The position numbers and the translations under genes were made by a program. This document shows positions 8,366 to 17,744 of a DNA stretch of 64,000 nucleotides, one piece after another. The stretch's first letter is position 1; each line of letters starts with the position of its first letter. Source of the stretch: Candidatus Methylomirabilis sp. (lineage in GTDB: Bacteria; Methylomirabilota; Methylomirabilia; Methylomirabilales; 2-02-FULL-66-22); assembly GCA_035455275.1 (NCBI GenBank), contig DATIFO010000085.1:14901-78900 (forward strand), written 5' to 3'. The notes beneath the pieces are model-generated. The model saw nothing but the letters and a program-made list of their open reading frames with translations. It made no database searches and was not told where the DNA came from.

Positions 8366-10144
8366 TCAAGAAACACGGGAAGGCGTCCCAGGGGCCACGG
8401 GTCCCCCTCCAGGCGCGGAAGGAGCTTGCGTGCGTGTCGAGCCCAGCCGGAGGATCGCCGTGCGGAGTCTCGGGTGGCGCTGGAGCTGCCGCACGTACCG
8501 CAACTCCTCCGGGCCCAGCTTGGCCCGGATGATCCGCAGGAGGAGCGCCTTCTCGTCCTCCTCCCACCGGCCGAGGTCGGGGATGAGCGCCAGGACGAGC
8601 GCCAGGCTCCCCACGGCATGCCGGTCGGATTGGCTCCAGCCCCGGCGCGTGAGACCCAGGGCCCAGCCGACGGCGGCCAGGGACGCGTTCCGGATTTCTT
8701 CGGCGTCGCCGTGAAAATCCCCGGCCATGCGGCGCTGGACCGCCAGGCCAATGCTCCGAGCCTGGAACTGGTCCCAGGCGCCGGGCGTGGTCCCCGGGAC
8801 CTCGTACGCGATGTGTCCCCTCGCGATGCGGCGCAGTATCCGAGCCGGCGTCCTGTACCCGGGATGCACGGCGATCTTCCGCTCCTCGGCCTCGACGAGG
8901 GAGGCCAGCTCGGGGTGGAGGGGCCGGAAGCCCAGCTTCCGGTAGAACCAGAAGGCACCGGACTCGATTGCCTCGTCGTTCTCGTGGCCGATCTGATAGG
9001 GGTCCACGGTGAAGCACGTCACGCCGAAGAGGTGTCGGAGCAGCAGCAGGAGCCTCGCGTAGATCCAGGCCGACTCGCCCTCCCGGAAGGCGTAGTAGTG
9101 GTTGAAGGCCAGCTCCGCGCGCTCGAAGAGTGTGAGCAGGTCGCCGTAGCCGACCTGCACCCCGTTCTTGTACACGAGGAATCCGTGGTAGGCGCGGAGC
9201 GGCAGGCGGCGCTGGGGCAGGAGGCCGCACAGGAAGATCTCCACCCCGCGCCCGACCTCCGCCATCAGCACGTGGGCCGGATCTCCGTGGGTGAAGGCGT
9301 ACAGCTCCCGATGCCGGACCGCCATGCCCTCGCGCCCCTGGTCGAGGATCCGCTCCCCCTCCGTTCGCGCCAGCCTTGTGACCGGGAGCGGCGGCGACTC
9401 CAGCTCCTTCGCCAGGGAGACGTGGCTGCGCCGGATCAGCGGCTCGCGATGGTAGAAGATCCCCCGGGCCGGATACCGGTCCCGGGTGCGCGAGGCGCGC
9501 GTGTTGGCCAGCTCCCAGCGAACGGGTATCCCCAGGGAATCGTACAGCTCCGCAGTCTCGGTCTCCGGAAGGGACAGTCGCCCGAGCCGCCCGAGCAGCC
9601 AGCCAAGGCCCGGATCGGCGCCCCCGCTGGCGGCCCGCAGCCAGCGCAGGTAGGGAACGTTGGCTTCGACCAGCGATTCCTCGTCGAGGAGGGGCACGAA
9701 CCGGGGAACGATGCCCGCCGTGCGGCTGCCGGGCTCGTACCGATCCCACGCGGCCCGGACCTTGCCGGGGTGGCGCTCGAGGAGGCGCCGGACCACGTCG
9801 TAGCCGAAGACCTCTTCCACGGCCGTTCCGGCGATGCCGGAGACTTCGGGCGGATCGAAGGCCGAGCAATTCGCGCCGGCCGAGCGGAGCTGCGCCACGC
9901 GCCGGGAAAAGGAGGAGAGCAGGGACTCCGCCTGCCGCCGCACCTGCGCGTTGTGAGGGTACGTCCGGAGGAACAGCAGGCATTCGTGGAAACGGATGAG
10001 CGAGGCCGGATCCGAGAAGCGATGCCGACCCAGGGCCGCCAGTGAGGCCTCGGCCTGCGCCGCGCCGTCCGGGCTGAAGTCTCGCCTCGCCCCCTCCAGA
10101 CGCGTGAGCAGCCGATCCGCCGGGTCAGCAGCCGGTGTCTTCAC
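8366..10144 (-). CDS. large conserved-looking hypothetical protein (592 aa) with a GNAT-like segment
   Basis: Clean, balanced ORF. The central region (YKNGVQVGYGDLLTLFERAELAFNHYYAFREGESAWIYARLL...DEAIESGAFWFYRKLGFRP) resembles the acetyl-CoA-binding core of GNAT folds. The remainder has no recognisable family. Confidence 0.75.
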   Translation of the reverse strand: MKTPAADPADRLLTRLEGARRDFSPDGAAQAEASLAALGRHRFSDPASLIRFHECLLFLRTYPHNAQVRRQAESLLSSFSRRVAQLRSAGANCSAFDPPEVSGIAGTAVEEVFGYDVVRRLLERHPGKVRAAWDRYEPGSRTAGIVPRFVPLLDEESLVEANVPYLRWLRAASGGADPGLGWLLGRLGRLSLPETETAELYDSLGIPVRWELANTRASRTRDRYPARGIFYHREPLIRRSHVSLAKELESPPLPVTRLARTEGERILDQGREGMAVRHRELYAFTHGDPAHVLMAEVGRGVEIFLCGLLPQRRLPLRAYHGFLVYKNGVQVGYGDLLTLFERAELAFNHYYAFREGESAWIYARLLLLLRHLFGVTCFTVDPYQIGHENDEAIESGAFWFYRKLGFRPLHPELASLVEAEERKIAVHPGYRTPARILRRIARGHIAYEVPGTTPGAWDQFQARSIGLAVQRRMAGDFHGDAEEIRNASLAAVGWALGLTRRGWSQSDRHAVGSLALVLALIPDLGRWEEDEKALLLRIIRAKLGPEELRYVRQLQRHPRLRTAILRLGSTRTQAPSAPGGGPVAPGTPSRVS

Positions 10145-10181
10145 CGCGGTGATCCTCCCCCCGGTCAGCGAAAACGCTGGC

Positions 10182-10211
10182 AGGATGCTGCGAAAGGGGG
10201 AGCGGTGTCAA
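10182..10211 (-). promoter_or_regulatory. promoter candidate of the recurrent TTTTGGCTTGACAC...GCATxCT family
   Basis: Minus strand reads gcgTTTTGGCTTGACACcgctccccctttcgcagCATCCTgcc. The spacer is 18 nt, and the site lies about 40 nt upstream of the 592-aa gene start (10144). Confidence 0.5.
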
Positions 10212-10335
10212 GCCAAAACGCAAGGGGGCACGCCCGACTTGACCCGGTCTTTGCCTCTCTGCTAGTCTCCGGTGTCGCCTTCGCTGCCGGGCCTCGGGCG
10301 CCGTCGCAGGGTAGACCGCCGACAAGGAGCCTGCC

Positions 10336-11451
10336 ATGACCGACATCGCCAATCTGAAGCCGAGAATGGAGGAGGCCCTGGACTTCGCCGCCAAGCAGGT
10401 GCGGGGCCTCGTCGAGCGGTACCCCGATTTCTACCCGATGTACACCCAGGGGGGGCGGTGGAAACATCAGGGCGAGGCGTGGACCCACTGGTGCGACGGC
10501 TTCCTGCCTGGCATGCTGTGGCTGCTCCATCGGCGGACGGGGGATGCCTGGTTCCGCCTGCAGGCCGAGCGGTACTCCCGCCCCCTGGAGCCTCGGCAGC
10601 ATGACCGGACCGTCCACGACCTCGGCTTCATCTTCATGTCCACGTACCACCACTGGCACCGCCTCACGCGCGAGCCGGCGCAACGGGAGGTCATGATCCA
10701 GGCGGGGCGGACCATGGGGCTGCGGTTCAAGGACGCCGGGAAGTACCTCTGCTCCTTCGTCGGTCCCGAGTCGCTGTTCATCGACATCATGATGAACGTG
10801 GGCATCATCTTCTATGCGGCCCGGGAGACGGGGGATCCGGCGCTGCGCCGGACTGCCATGGAGCATTGCCTCACCACGCGGCGCGTCCTGGTGCGCGGCG
10901 ACGGCTCCACCGCTCACGAGGGGATCTTCGACCAGAACACCGGGGAGTTCCTGCGCCAGAGCACACACCAGGGATACCGCGGGGATTCCTGCTGGTCCCG
11001 GGGCCTCACGTGGTCGCTGTACGGGTTCGGGACCGCCTACCGGTACAGCCGGGACCGACGCTTTCTCGAGACGGCCGAGCTGAACGCCGACTTCTACGTC
11101 GACCACACGCCCGCCCACGGCGTGCCGCCCTGGGACTATGACGCGCCCGCGGCGAGTCGGGGTCAGCCCGACAGCAGCGCCGCGGCCATCGCCGCCTCGG
11201 GCCTCCTGGACCTCGCCTCCTTCACCGCCTCCCGCGCCCGGACGCGCCTGTACCGGGACGTTGCGCTCCAGATCCTGGAGACCTTGACGACCGAGGAGTA
11301 CCTCGCGCGAACGACGCCCGGCTGGGAGGGCATATTGAAGCGCGGGGTCTATCACGTTCACAAGGGTCTCGGGGTGGACGAGTCGGTGATGTGGGGGGAG
11401 TACTTCTTCGTCGAGGCGCTGACCAAGGGGCTGGACCTGCTCACCACCTGA
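10336..11451 (+). CDS. glycoside hydrolase family 88-like (unsaturated glucuronyl/chondroitin-disaccharide hydrolase family)
   Basis: Pattern [45 protein letters not shown] and [11 protein letters not shown] is typical of the GH88 (alpha/alpha)6 barrel. AAGGAG SD. Confidence 0.8.
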   Translation: MTDIANLKPRMEEALDFAAKQVRGLVERYPDFYPMYTQGGRWKHQGEAWTHWCDGFLPGMLWLLHRRTGDAWFRLQAERYSRPLEPRQHDRTVHDLGFIFMSTYHHWHRLTREPAQREVMIQAGRTMGLRFKDAGKYLCSFVGPESLFIDIMMNVGIIFYAARETGDPALRRTAMEHCLTTRRVLVRGDGSTAHEGIFDQNTGEFLRQSTHQGYRGDSCWSRGLTWSLYGFGTAYRYSRDRRFLETAELNADFYVDHTPAHGVPPWDYDAPAASRGQPDSSAAAIAASGLLDLASFTASRARTRLYRDVALQILETLTTEEYLARTTPGWEGILKRGVYHVHKGLGVDESVMWGEYFFVEALTKGLDLLTT

Positions 11452-11492
11452 GGGCGGGGGCCCCGGGCCCCATCCCGTCCGGGTGGAGCCCG

Positions 11493-13184
11493 TCAGCTGC
11501 GCCTTCGGGGGATTTGCCCGCGACGGCCGGCCTCCTCGGGCTGCTTGCCGGGGGAGGGACCATAGACACGATAGTCGAGGTCGGGGAAGAGACAGTCCTC
11601 CCGCTCCACCTGGTCGAGCCACCCCCCGTCGATCTTTCCCTCCTGGATTTGCCAGGCCAGGCGCAGAAATCGCGCCAGGTGGCCCTTGGTCCGCCGAACG
11701 GCATAGTCCGCGGTGGCCCCGGTCTGCATCATGAAGGCCCAATCGCTCGCCTGGGCGAGGAGCAGCTCGCGAGCCGCCTGATCGAGGGCGCGTCGCCGGC
11801 CGCCCCGGGCCCGGGGGAACATGCCCGCCAGCTCCTCCATCCGGTCGGCGGCGGCATGGAGATGGGGGTAGATCCAGTCATTTTTTCCGTTCACCCAGAC
11901 CTCGTTGTGACCCTTGTGTCCCCAGCTCGACGGGGCGGGAACGCACACCTGGCTCACCGGGTAGGCGTCCAGGTACTCGGAGGGCGTGACCAGGCGGAAC
12001 GTCCGCTGGTCGGAGGCCGTCTTCCGGACGAGCGCGTCGAGCCACTCCGGGCCCTCGAACCACCAGTGGCCGAACAGCTCCGCATCGTAGGGGGCCACCA
12101 CGATGGGCCGGCGGTCCATCCGCGCCGACAGGTGCTCGATCTGCCTCTCCCGATTGAACATGAAGTTGCCCGCGTGGGTGGCGGCCTTCTCCAGGGCCCG
12201 CGACGGCACGTAGGGTTCCTTGTGATGCGTGTTTCCCGTGATCCGGTAGTACTTGATCCCGGTGTCCGTGCGGATCCCGCCCGCGGGGAGGTAGGGCTTG
12301 ATCGTCTCGTGATCCAGGTCGTACCCGATGTCCCGGTAGAACTCGCGGTAATCGAGGTCCCCCGGGTACCCCTCGATGGAGCTCCAGACCGCCTTGGAGG
12401 ATTCGGGATCCCGGCCGAATGCGGCCACCCCCGAGGGGGTGTAGATGGGCGCGTGAACCCCGAAGCGCGGCCGCGGCTCCGCGTAGAGCAGGCCATGGGT
12501 CTCGACGAAAAAGTAGCGGACCCCCGCCTCCTTCAGGAGCTGGTCCAGGCCGGCGTAATAGCCGCACTCGGACAGCCAGATCCCCGGGGAATCGCGACCG
12601 AAGCGCCTTCGGTATTCCTGGAGGCCCACCTGGACCTGGGCTCGAACGGCCGACTCGTTCACCGAGAGGACCGACAGGAGGCCGTGGGTGGCCGGGCAGG
12701 TGATGCACTCCAGCCCTCCCATCTCCTGGAACGTCCGGAAGGCCTGGAGCGGGTTCCGATCGTACCGGAGAAACGTGTCCAGCACCGCCTTGAAGCGCTC
12801 GCGGTACATCTCGGCCACGCGGCGAAACTCGGGTTGGCGACGCGTCCGCCTCACCTCCAGCTCGGACAGCTCGATGAGACGCCGGATGCGGCGCAGCGCC
12901 CGGGTCTGGAGCAACGAATCCAGGAACATGGCAACCAGCGTGGGAGAAAGGGACAGGGTCAGCCGGAAGGGGACCCCATCTCGGACCCATCCCTCCAGGA
13001 GCCGGATCAATGGCAGGTAGCATTCCACCAGGGCTTCGTAGAACCACTGCTCCTCCAGGCAGTCCTCGTACTCCGGGTGCCGGACGAAGGGCAGATGGGC
13101 ATGGAGCACCAGGGCCAGGTATCCCCGCTCCATCCCGCGCGGCACGGGCTCCTCATTCGCCGTCTGGGCGTTCCGGCGCGCCAT
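11493..13184 (-). CDS. GH57-family 1,4-alpha-glucan branching enzyme
   Basis: GYLALVLHAHLPFVRHPE..., ECGYY, APYDAELFGHWWFEGPEWL and the C-terminal helical domain are hallmarks of GH57 branching enzymes (DUF1957 C-domain). ATG at 13184 lies 6 nt after the DUF4912 stop, with a GAGGGGGA SD. Alternative start at 13133. Confidence 0.9.
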   Translation of the reverse strand: MARRNAQTANEEPVPRGMERGYLALVLHAHLPFVRHPEYEDCLEEQWFYEALVECYLPLIRLLEGWVRDGVPFRLTLSLSPTLVAMFLDSLLQTRALRRIRRLIELSELEVRRTRRQPEFRRVAEMYRERFKAVLDTFLRYDRNPLQAFRTFQEMGGLECITCPATHGLLSVLSVNESAVRAQVQVGLQEYRRRFGRDSPGIWLSECGYYAGLDQLLKEAGVRYFFVETHGLLYAEPRPRFGVHAPIYTPSGVAAFGRDPESSKAVWSSIEGYPGDLDYREFYRDIGYDLDHETIKPYLPAGGIRTDTGIKYYRITGNTHHKEPYVPSRALEKAATHAGNFMFNRERQIEHLSARMDRRPIVVAPYDAELFGHWWFEGPEWLDALVRKTASDQRTFRLVTPSEYLDAYPVSQVCVPAPSSWGHKGHNEVWVNGKNDWIYPHLHAAADRMEELAGMFPRARGGRRRALDQAARELLLAQASDWAFMMQTGATADYAVRRTKGHLARFLRLAWQIQEGKIDGGWLDQVEREDCLFPDLDYRVYGPSPGKQPEEAGRRGQIPRRRS

Positions 13185-13189
13185 CTCAA

Positions 13190-14197
13190 TCAATCCCCCT
13201 CTGCCTTTCTCACCAGGAGGATGGAGGAGAGGCCCGGATCGAAGATGGTGTCAGGCTCTTCGACAGGAGGCGGGGCGACAGCCGGGGGAGCCGGCTCATC
13301 CGTCAGGAGGATCCTCACCCGGTGTGCGCCTTCCAGGAAGCGGCGGTAGGCTTCGGCCCGGATAGCCTCTTTCGGCGGCAGTCCAGGCCGTCCAGGGATC
13401 GGGGTGGGGCGGGGCGGGTGCCCAGGTTGAGGAACCGGCTTACCGGCCTGGATGGGAGAGGGGGCCGGTGGGGGAATCGGAATCTCCTGCGCCCATTCCA
13501 CCCCGATCCAGCGCTCCTCCGCATTCGGGGAGATCCATGCTGGGGGGGTCTGGATCACGTTGGATCGGACCAGGGGGGAGAAGCGACCGTCTCGCCGGAC
13601 CACTCCCAGTTCTGCGCACAGGGACTTCCCCGGACTCCAGAGATTGACGTACCAGCTCCGGGCCTGCGAGGTGATCTCGATGTCGAAGGAGCTGTGGGCG
13701 TTGCTGCCGTCGAAGAGGATGGCGGTCACATCGTACACCCGCAGGATACGTGGCGCCTCCCCGCTCGCATCCCCGGAGCGGCCGCGGCGCACCCGGGGGG
13801 CCTGTGCTGCCACCTCCCAGTACGCGTAGACCCGGTAGGGATCTATCGGCAAGAGCACCAAGCGGTTTTTCCCGTAGGTGTCCGGGAGGTGCGCGGCCTC
13901 CGGGTCACGGGGAGCCGGCGCAAGGGGAGTGGTCTCGCGGGCGGGGGCGATTCCCAGGAATGCCCCAAGGGCCAGAACCAGTTCCTCCTTCTTCAGGCGG
14001 GACCGACCCTTCAGACCCTTCCTGCGGGCCAGCGCCAGGAGCTCGGTGCGGGGGAGTCGCCGAAGGGTATCGAGGGTCTCGGGCGCTGGGGCGGGGATCT
14101 TGCGCCGGGACTTTGGGGACGCCAACCCCTTCCCGGCTGATGCAGCCTCTCGCGTCGGGGATGGTCTTGCTGCATGCCTGGGGGATTTTCGGGGCAT
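13190..14197 (-). CDS. DUF4912 domain protein with an N-terminal Rho_N/SAP-like helix-hairpin
   Basis: LRRLPRTELLALARRKGLKGRSRLKKEELVLAL (Rho-N-like) is followed by YGKNRLVLLPIDPYRVYAYWEV...LRVYDVT...SWYVNLW, the DUF4912 signature as I recall it. The tail is Pro-rich. Confidence 0.75.
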   Translation of the reverse strand: MPRKSPRHAARPSPTREAASAGKGLASPKSRRKIPAPAPETLDTLRRLPRTELLALARRKGLKGRSRLKKEELVLALGAFLGIAPARETTPLAPAPRDPEAAHLPDTYGKNRLVLLPIDPYRVYAYWEVAAQAPRVRRGRSGDASGEAPRILRVYDVTAILFDGSNAHSSFDIEITSQARSWYVNLWSPGKSLCAELGVVRRDGRFSPLVRSNVIQTPPAWISPNAEERWIGVEWAQEIPIPPPAPSPIQAGKPVPQPGHPPRPTPIPGRPGLPPKEAIRAEAYRRFLEGAHRVRILLTDEPAPPAVAPPPVEEPDTIFDPGLSSILLVRKAEGD

Positions 14198-14205
14198 TCA
14201 ACATT

Positions 14206-14415
14206 CTACCCCCCCGGCCTGAAGGATTTCCATTCCAATCTGCAGTCTGCGCACTTGAGGGCACCATACACATTGTAGTAGGTCGAGTAGCCGGTGGACG
14301 TGTCGGACTTGGCCAGGGTCATCTCGTCGTGCTGGTGGGCATGATGATAGCAGAGGCCCCGCCCGCAAGCGGCGCAGGTTCCTCGGGCTTCCTGGTCGCA
14401 GAACCAGCATTTCAT
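14206..14415 (-). CDS. Cys-rich zinc-binding miniprotein (69 aa; DUF2180-like)
   Basis: MKCWFCDQEARGTCAACGRGLCYHHAHQHDE...LKCADCRLEW contains four CxxC-type pairs. A very strong SD (GAAGGAGGGGGA) lies 7 nt upstream of the ATG. Confidence 0.6.
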   Translation of the reverse strand: MKCWFCDQEARGTCAACGRGLCYHHAHQHDEMTLAKSDTSTGYSTYYNVYGALKCADCRLEWKSFRPGG

Positions 14416-14459
14416 GCTGTCGTCCCCCTCCTTCGGCTATTACCCGCGTGGCTTTCCGG

Positions 14460-15623
14460 TCAGGCGGAATAGAGCTGCAGCGCTTGGTCCGCCACGGAGT
14501 CCCAGGAGAAGGCCGTCTCCGCGGCGACCCTCCCGTTCTGACCCATCCAGCGGCCCCAGTCGAAGTTCGTGAACAGGGTGCCAATCCCCCACGCGACGGA
14601 CTCCGGGGTGGGATAGATCTTCAGGCCGGTGACCTCGTGCCAGACGAACTCATCGGGTCCCCCGTTCTTGGAGGCAACCACCGGCTTCCCCGCGCTCCAG
14701 GCCTCCAGGATAGTAATCCCGAAGGGCTCGTTCCGGCTGGGCACGCAGACGACATCGCTGATCTTGTAGAGGTTCTGCAGCTCCACCCCATTCCGCCACC
14801 CGAGGAATCGGCAGGCATGGGCCACGCCGAGCTGCCCGGCCCGCCGCTCGCAGTGTCCACGCAGGTCCCCCTCGCCGGCGAAAACGAACTTGGCGCGGGA
14901 ATGGTAGCGGAGAATCATGGGGATGGCCTCGACCAGGAGGTCCGGCCCCTTCTGAGACGTCATCCGTCCCGAGAAGAGCACCATGGGATCGATGGGGCCG
15001 ATGCCGTAGCCCCGGCGGATGGCCCCGGCGTCGGGTATCCAACCGTCGAAGCCATGCGCGTTCACCCCGTTGTACATGACTGCCACCTTCCAGTCGGGGA
15101 CATTGTACATCTGCATCACTTCGCCCTTCAGGGCCCTGGACACGGTGATCACGCGGTCGGCGCAGTAAGTCCCGTGCCGCTCGTGGTCGCGGATCCGGGC
15201 CGACCGTCCCCCCCAGAAGTTGTTTCCGCACCGACCGTACTCCGTCGAATGAATGGTCAGGGTCCCCTTCCGCCCCCGCCCCTGCTTGGCCCAGACCATG
15301 GCGTTCGAGGCCAGCCAGTCGTGGGCGTGGACGACGTCGAAGCCTGCGCCCATGTGATCCTCGGTGGCAAAGAGCTGACGGACGAAGGAACGGCACATGT
15401 TCTGGATCTCATCCACGAAGTCGTGGTGAAGCTCAAATGGGCAGCGGTGGTACCAGACCCCGTGAATCCGATCCAGGTGTGCCTGGCCCCACCCCATGCG
15501 GGTGAACACGTGCACCTCGTGACCCTTGCGTTCGAGGGCCGCGGCCAGCTCGGTGACGTGGACCCCGACGCCGCCTACAGGAATCGAATGGAGAGACTCC
15601 CAACTAAGCAGTGCAATTCTCAT
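14460..15623 (-). CDS. GT4/GT5 glycosyltransferase, glycogen (alpha-glucan) synthase-like
   Basis: MRIALLSWESLHSIPVGGVGVHVTELAAAL..., HAHDW, and the E-x7-E region (PSRNEPFGITILEAWSAGKPVV). Start moved to ATG 15623 because the upstream 45 codons of the ORF are low-complexity. Confidence 0.9.
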   Translation of the reverse strand: MRIALLSWESLHSIPVGGVGVHVTELAAALERKGHEVHVFTRMGWGQAHLDRIHGVWYHRCPFELHHDFVDEIQNMCRSFVRQLFATEDHMGAGFDVVHAHDWLASNAMVWAKQGRGRKGTLTIHSTEYGRCGNNFWGGRSARIRDHERHGTYCADRVITVSRALKGEVMQMYNVPDWKVAVMYNGVNAHGFDGWIPDAGAIRRGYGIGPIDPMVLFSGRMTSQKGPDLLVEAIPMILRYHSRAKFVFAGEGDLRGHCERRAGQLGVAHACRFLGWRNGVELQNLYKISDVVCVPSRNEPFGITILEAWSAGKPVVASKNGGPDEFVWHEVTGLKIYPTPESVAWGIGTLFTNFDWGRWMGQNGRVAAETAFSWDSVADQALQLYSA

Positions 15624-16152
15624 GGCGCTCGACCTTTCCTGAATGCTTTCTCGCCGGCCGTCCAGCGGGTTGGAATCCCGGAGAACACCCTGGGTGGCGG
15701 GCAGGTCTGGAGGAGACTTGGAGGCGCCATCCGCAGCGGCTTCAGAAGACCGCGTCACGGGTCGGCGGCGGAGCCGAGTCCTCTTGGCCTTGGGTGTCCT
15801 GATGGGGCGGACGACAGGGGTTACGCTGGAGCGCCGGGACGCGCTCGCCCGGCATCGAAGAGACCCTGCTCCGGTGGAAACCGGCTCTGGAAGCGGATGA
15901 TGCCTCCTTCACAAACCAACGCCCTGCTTCGCCTCAGGGGCGGGAGGCAAGGGCGTCCGTTGCCTGGCCCGGATCTGTGTGATGCAGATCCAGATGTCGC
16001 TCGGGTGTGCCGCGTCCCTCCACGGCTCCCGCAGGCAGGACCAATTTCCTCCACATTGCTGCCATTTGTCAAGCACGATTTGTCCGGGGAAAGGATCGAG
16101 GGGCGAAGACACGAGGTGTGAGGGGATGGCCGCCCGTCGGGCGACGAGCCGT

Positions 16153-17421
16153 TCAGGAGTTCGGGGCCGCCGCCAGCCTCGCCGCGTCCCCCTCCTGAAG
16201 CTGGCGGAGGAGGGAATCGCGGGTCTCGAGGAAGGCCGATCTCGCAGAGGGCGAGATGGGCTTGCCCGGTAGGAACGTCTGCTTCAACGGATTGACGAAG
16301 CGCCCATCCCTGATGACGCGGTAGTCCAGGTGCGGTCCGGTGGAAAGGCCGGTGGAGCCCACGTACCCGATCACCTGCCGCTGCCTGACCGAGGCGCCCG
16401 CCCGGATGCCCTTGCCGAAGCGCGACAGGTGGTTGTACATGGTCTTGAAGTTCGCCCGGTGCCGCAGGATCACGGTGTTGCCGTTCCCGCCGCTCCACCC
16501 TGCGTGCTCCACGCTGCCGTCGGCCACGGCCCAGACCGGCGTGCCCGAGGGGGCTGCGTAGTCCACGGCCAGGTGAGGCCGCACGCCGCCCAGGATCGGA
16601 TGCAGCCGGCCGTGGCTGTACCCGGAGCTGATCCGGGTGAACTCCAGCGGTGACTTCAGAAAAGCCCGCCGCAGGGACTCGCCCGCCGGCGTGTAGTAGC
16701 CGCCCCCCTCGCGCTCCTGGAAGTAGACGCCCGTGTGGACTTTCCCCTCGCTCTCGTACGCGGCGGCGAGGATGCGGCCGTACCTCACGAACTGGTCGCC
16801 CGTGAGGACCTTCTCCACCAGCATCCGGAAGCGGTCGCCGGGCTGCGAGTCCGCGGCGAAGTCGAAGTCCCAGGCAAAGATCTCGGCGAAGTCGAGGACA
16901 AGCTGCGGCCCTTCCCCGAGTCCCTCCATGCTCTCGAACAGATTCCCCTCCAGGGTTCCGGCGACCAGGGCGATCCTGCGCTCCACGGGCACGTCGCGGC
17001 GGGTAGCAGTCCAGGTGTCGCCGGCGGGCGTGGCCTCGACGATGTCGATCGGGCTCTGCCGATACACCACCCTGGTCATGTCACCTGACGCGTCACGATG
17101 GAACTCGAGCGAGTCCCCGGGCCTGAGTCGCCGGAAATTCACGAGGGGGCGGAAGGCCTGGACGAGCCGCGCGGCCAGATCCTGCGGCAGGCCGTGGGCC
17201 AGGAGTGCGTCCAGGAAGGTGCGTCCCTTCCCCAATGTGCTGGAGATGGGCGGGGGCGGGGTGGGGGTGGAGGAAGACCCGGGGCGGTTTCCCTCCTGCA
17301 GCATCAGGGGGGCGGTGAGAATGGCAACCAGGCCCACAACCGCTGCCACGAGCCAAGCCCGGCGCTTGCGGGACCAGTTGCCGCGTTGCACTGCTGTGTG
17401 TCGAGACCGATGCGGAAGCAT
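16153..17421 (-). CDS. M23 family peptidoglycan metalloendopeptidase with an N-terminal TM anchor
   Basis: HxxxD and HxH motifs (HLAVDYAAPSGTPVWAV...GSTGLSTGPHLDYRV), with a Csd3/OapA-like domain upstream. Confidence 0.9.
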   Translation of the reverse strand: MLPHRSRHTAVQRGNWSRKRRAWLVAAVVGLVAILTAPLMLQEGNRPGSSSTPTPPPPISSTLGKGRTFLDALLAHGLPQDLAARLVQAFRPLVNFRRLRPGDSLEFHRDASGDMTRVVYRQSPIDIVEATPAGDTWTATRRDVPVERRIALVAGTLEGNLFESMEGLGEGPQLVLDFAEIFAWDFDFAADSQPGDRFRMLVEKVLTGDQFVRYGRILAAAYESEGKVHTGVYFQEREGGGYYTPAGESLRRAFLKSPLEFTRISSGYSHGRLHPILGGVRPHLAVDYAAPSGTPVWAVADGSVEHAGWSGGNGNTVILRHRANFKTMYNHLSRFGKGIRAGASVRQRQVIGYVGSTGLSTGPHLDYRVIRDGRFVNPLKQTFLPGKPISPSARSAFLETRDSLLRQLQEGDAARLAAAPNS

Positions 17422-17520
17422 CCCACCTCGCCAAGAAAACGAGCGCGCGGCCGCAAGCTGCCGGGTGGTTCAGCCTCCGCGCGGCGCGGCGTCTCGAGCC
17501 ATCCGGGAAGAATCCCGCGT

Positions 17521-17550
17521 CTTATATCACGGGTCGGAAGCGCCGGGCAA
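17521..17550 (-). promoter_or_regulatory. extended -10 promoter candidate for the M23 peptidase gene
   Basis: Minus strand reads caTTGCCCggcgcttccgacccgTGaTATAAGacg (TTGCCC-18 nt-TATAAG with a TG at the extended -10 position). Confidence 0.35.
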
Positions 17551-17744
17551 TGGCTTTTCCCCATTGTGGGGGCGGCCAGTCAAATCCATGCTCCCGACTC
17601 CACACCGAATGGTCCATCCTGCCGGACATCTCCCACATTCCTGCTTGACCTCGCCCGGCACTTCGTGCGACAGATGCCGGTGGTCTCATGTGTCCGGGTC
17701 ATCAAGAGGGCTCGCCGAATTGGCACACGCCGCCAGAGCAAGTC

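Noticed and set aside
16043-16072. TTGACA-18 nt-GAAATT promoter-like site about 410 nt upstream of the glucan synthase gene (minus strand).
   Set aside because: The -10 is weak and the leader would be unusually long. It is mentioned in a finding but not listed as a feature.
15909-16112. 67-aa minus-strand ORF in the leader of the glucan synthase gene.
   Set aside because: It has no SD site, starts upstream of the only promoter-like site, has odd composition (W/C/Q rich), and shows no family resemblance.
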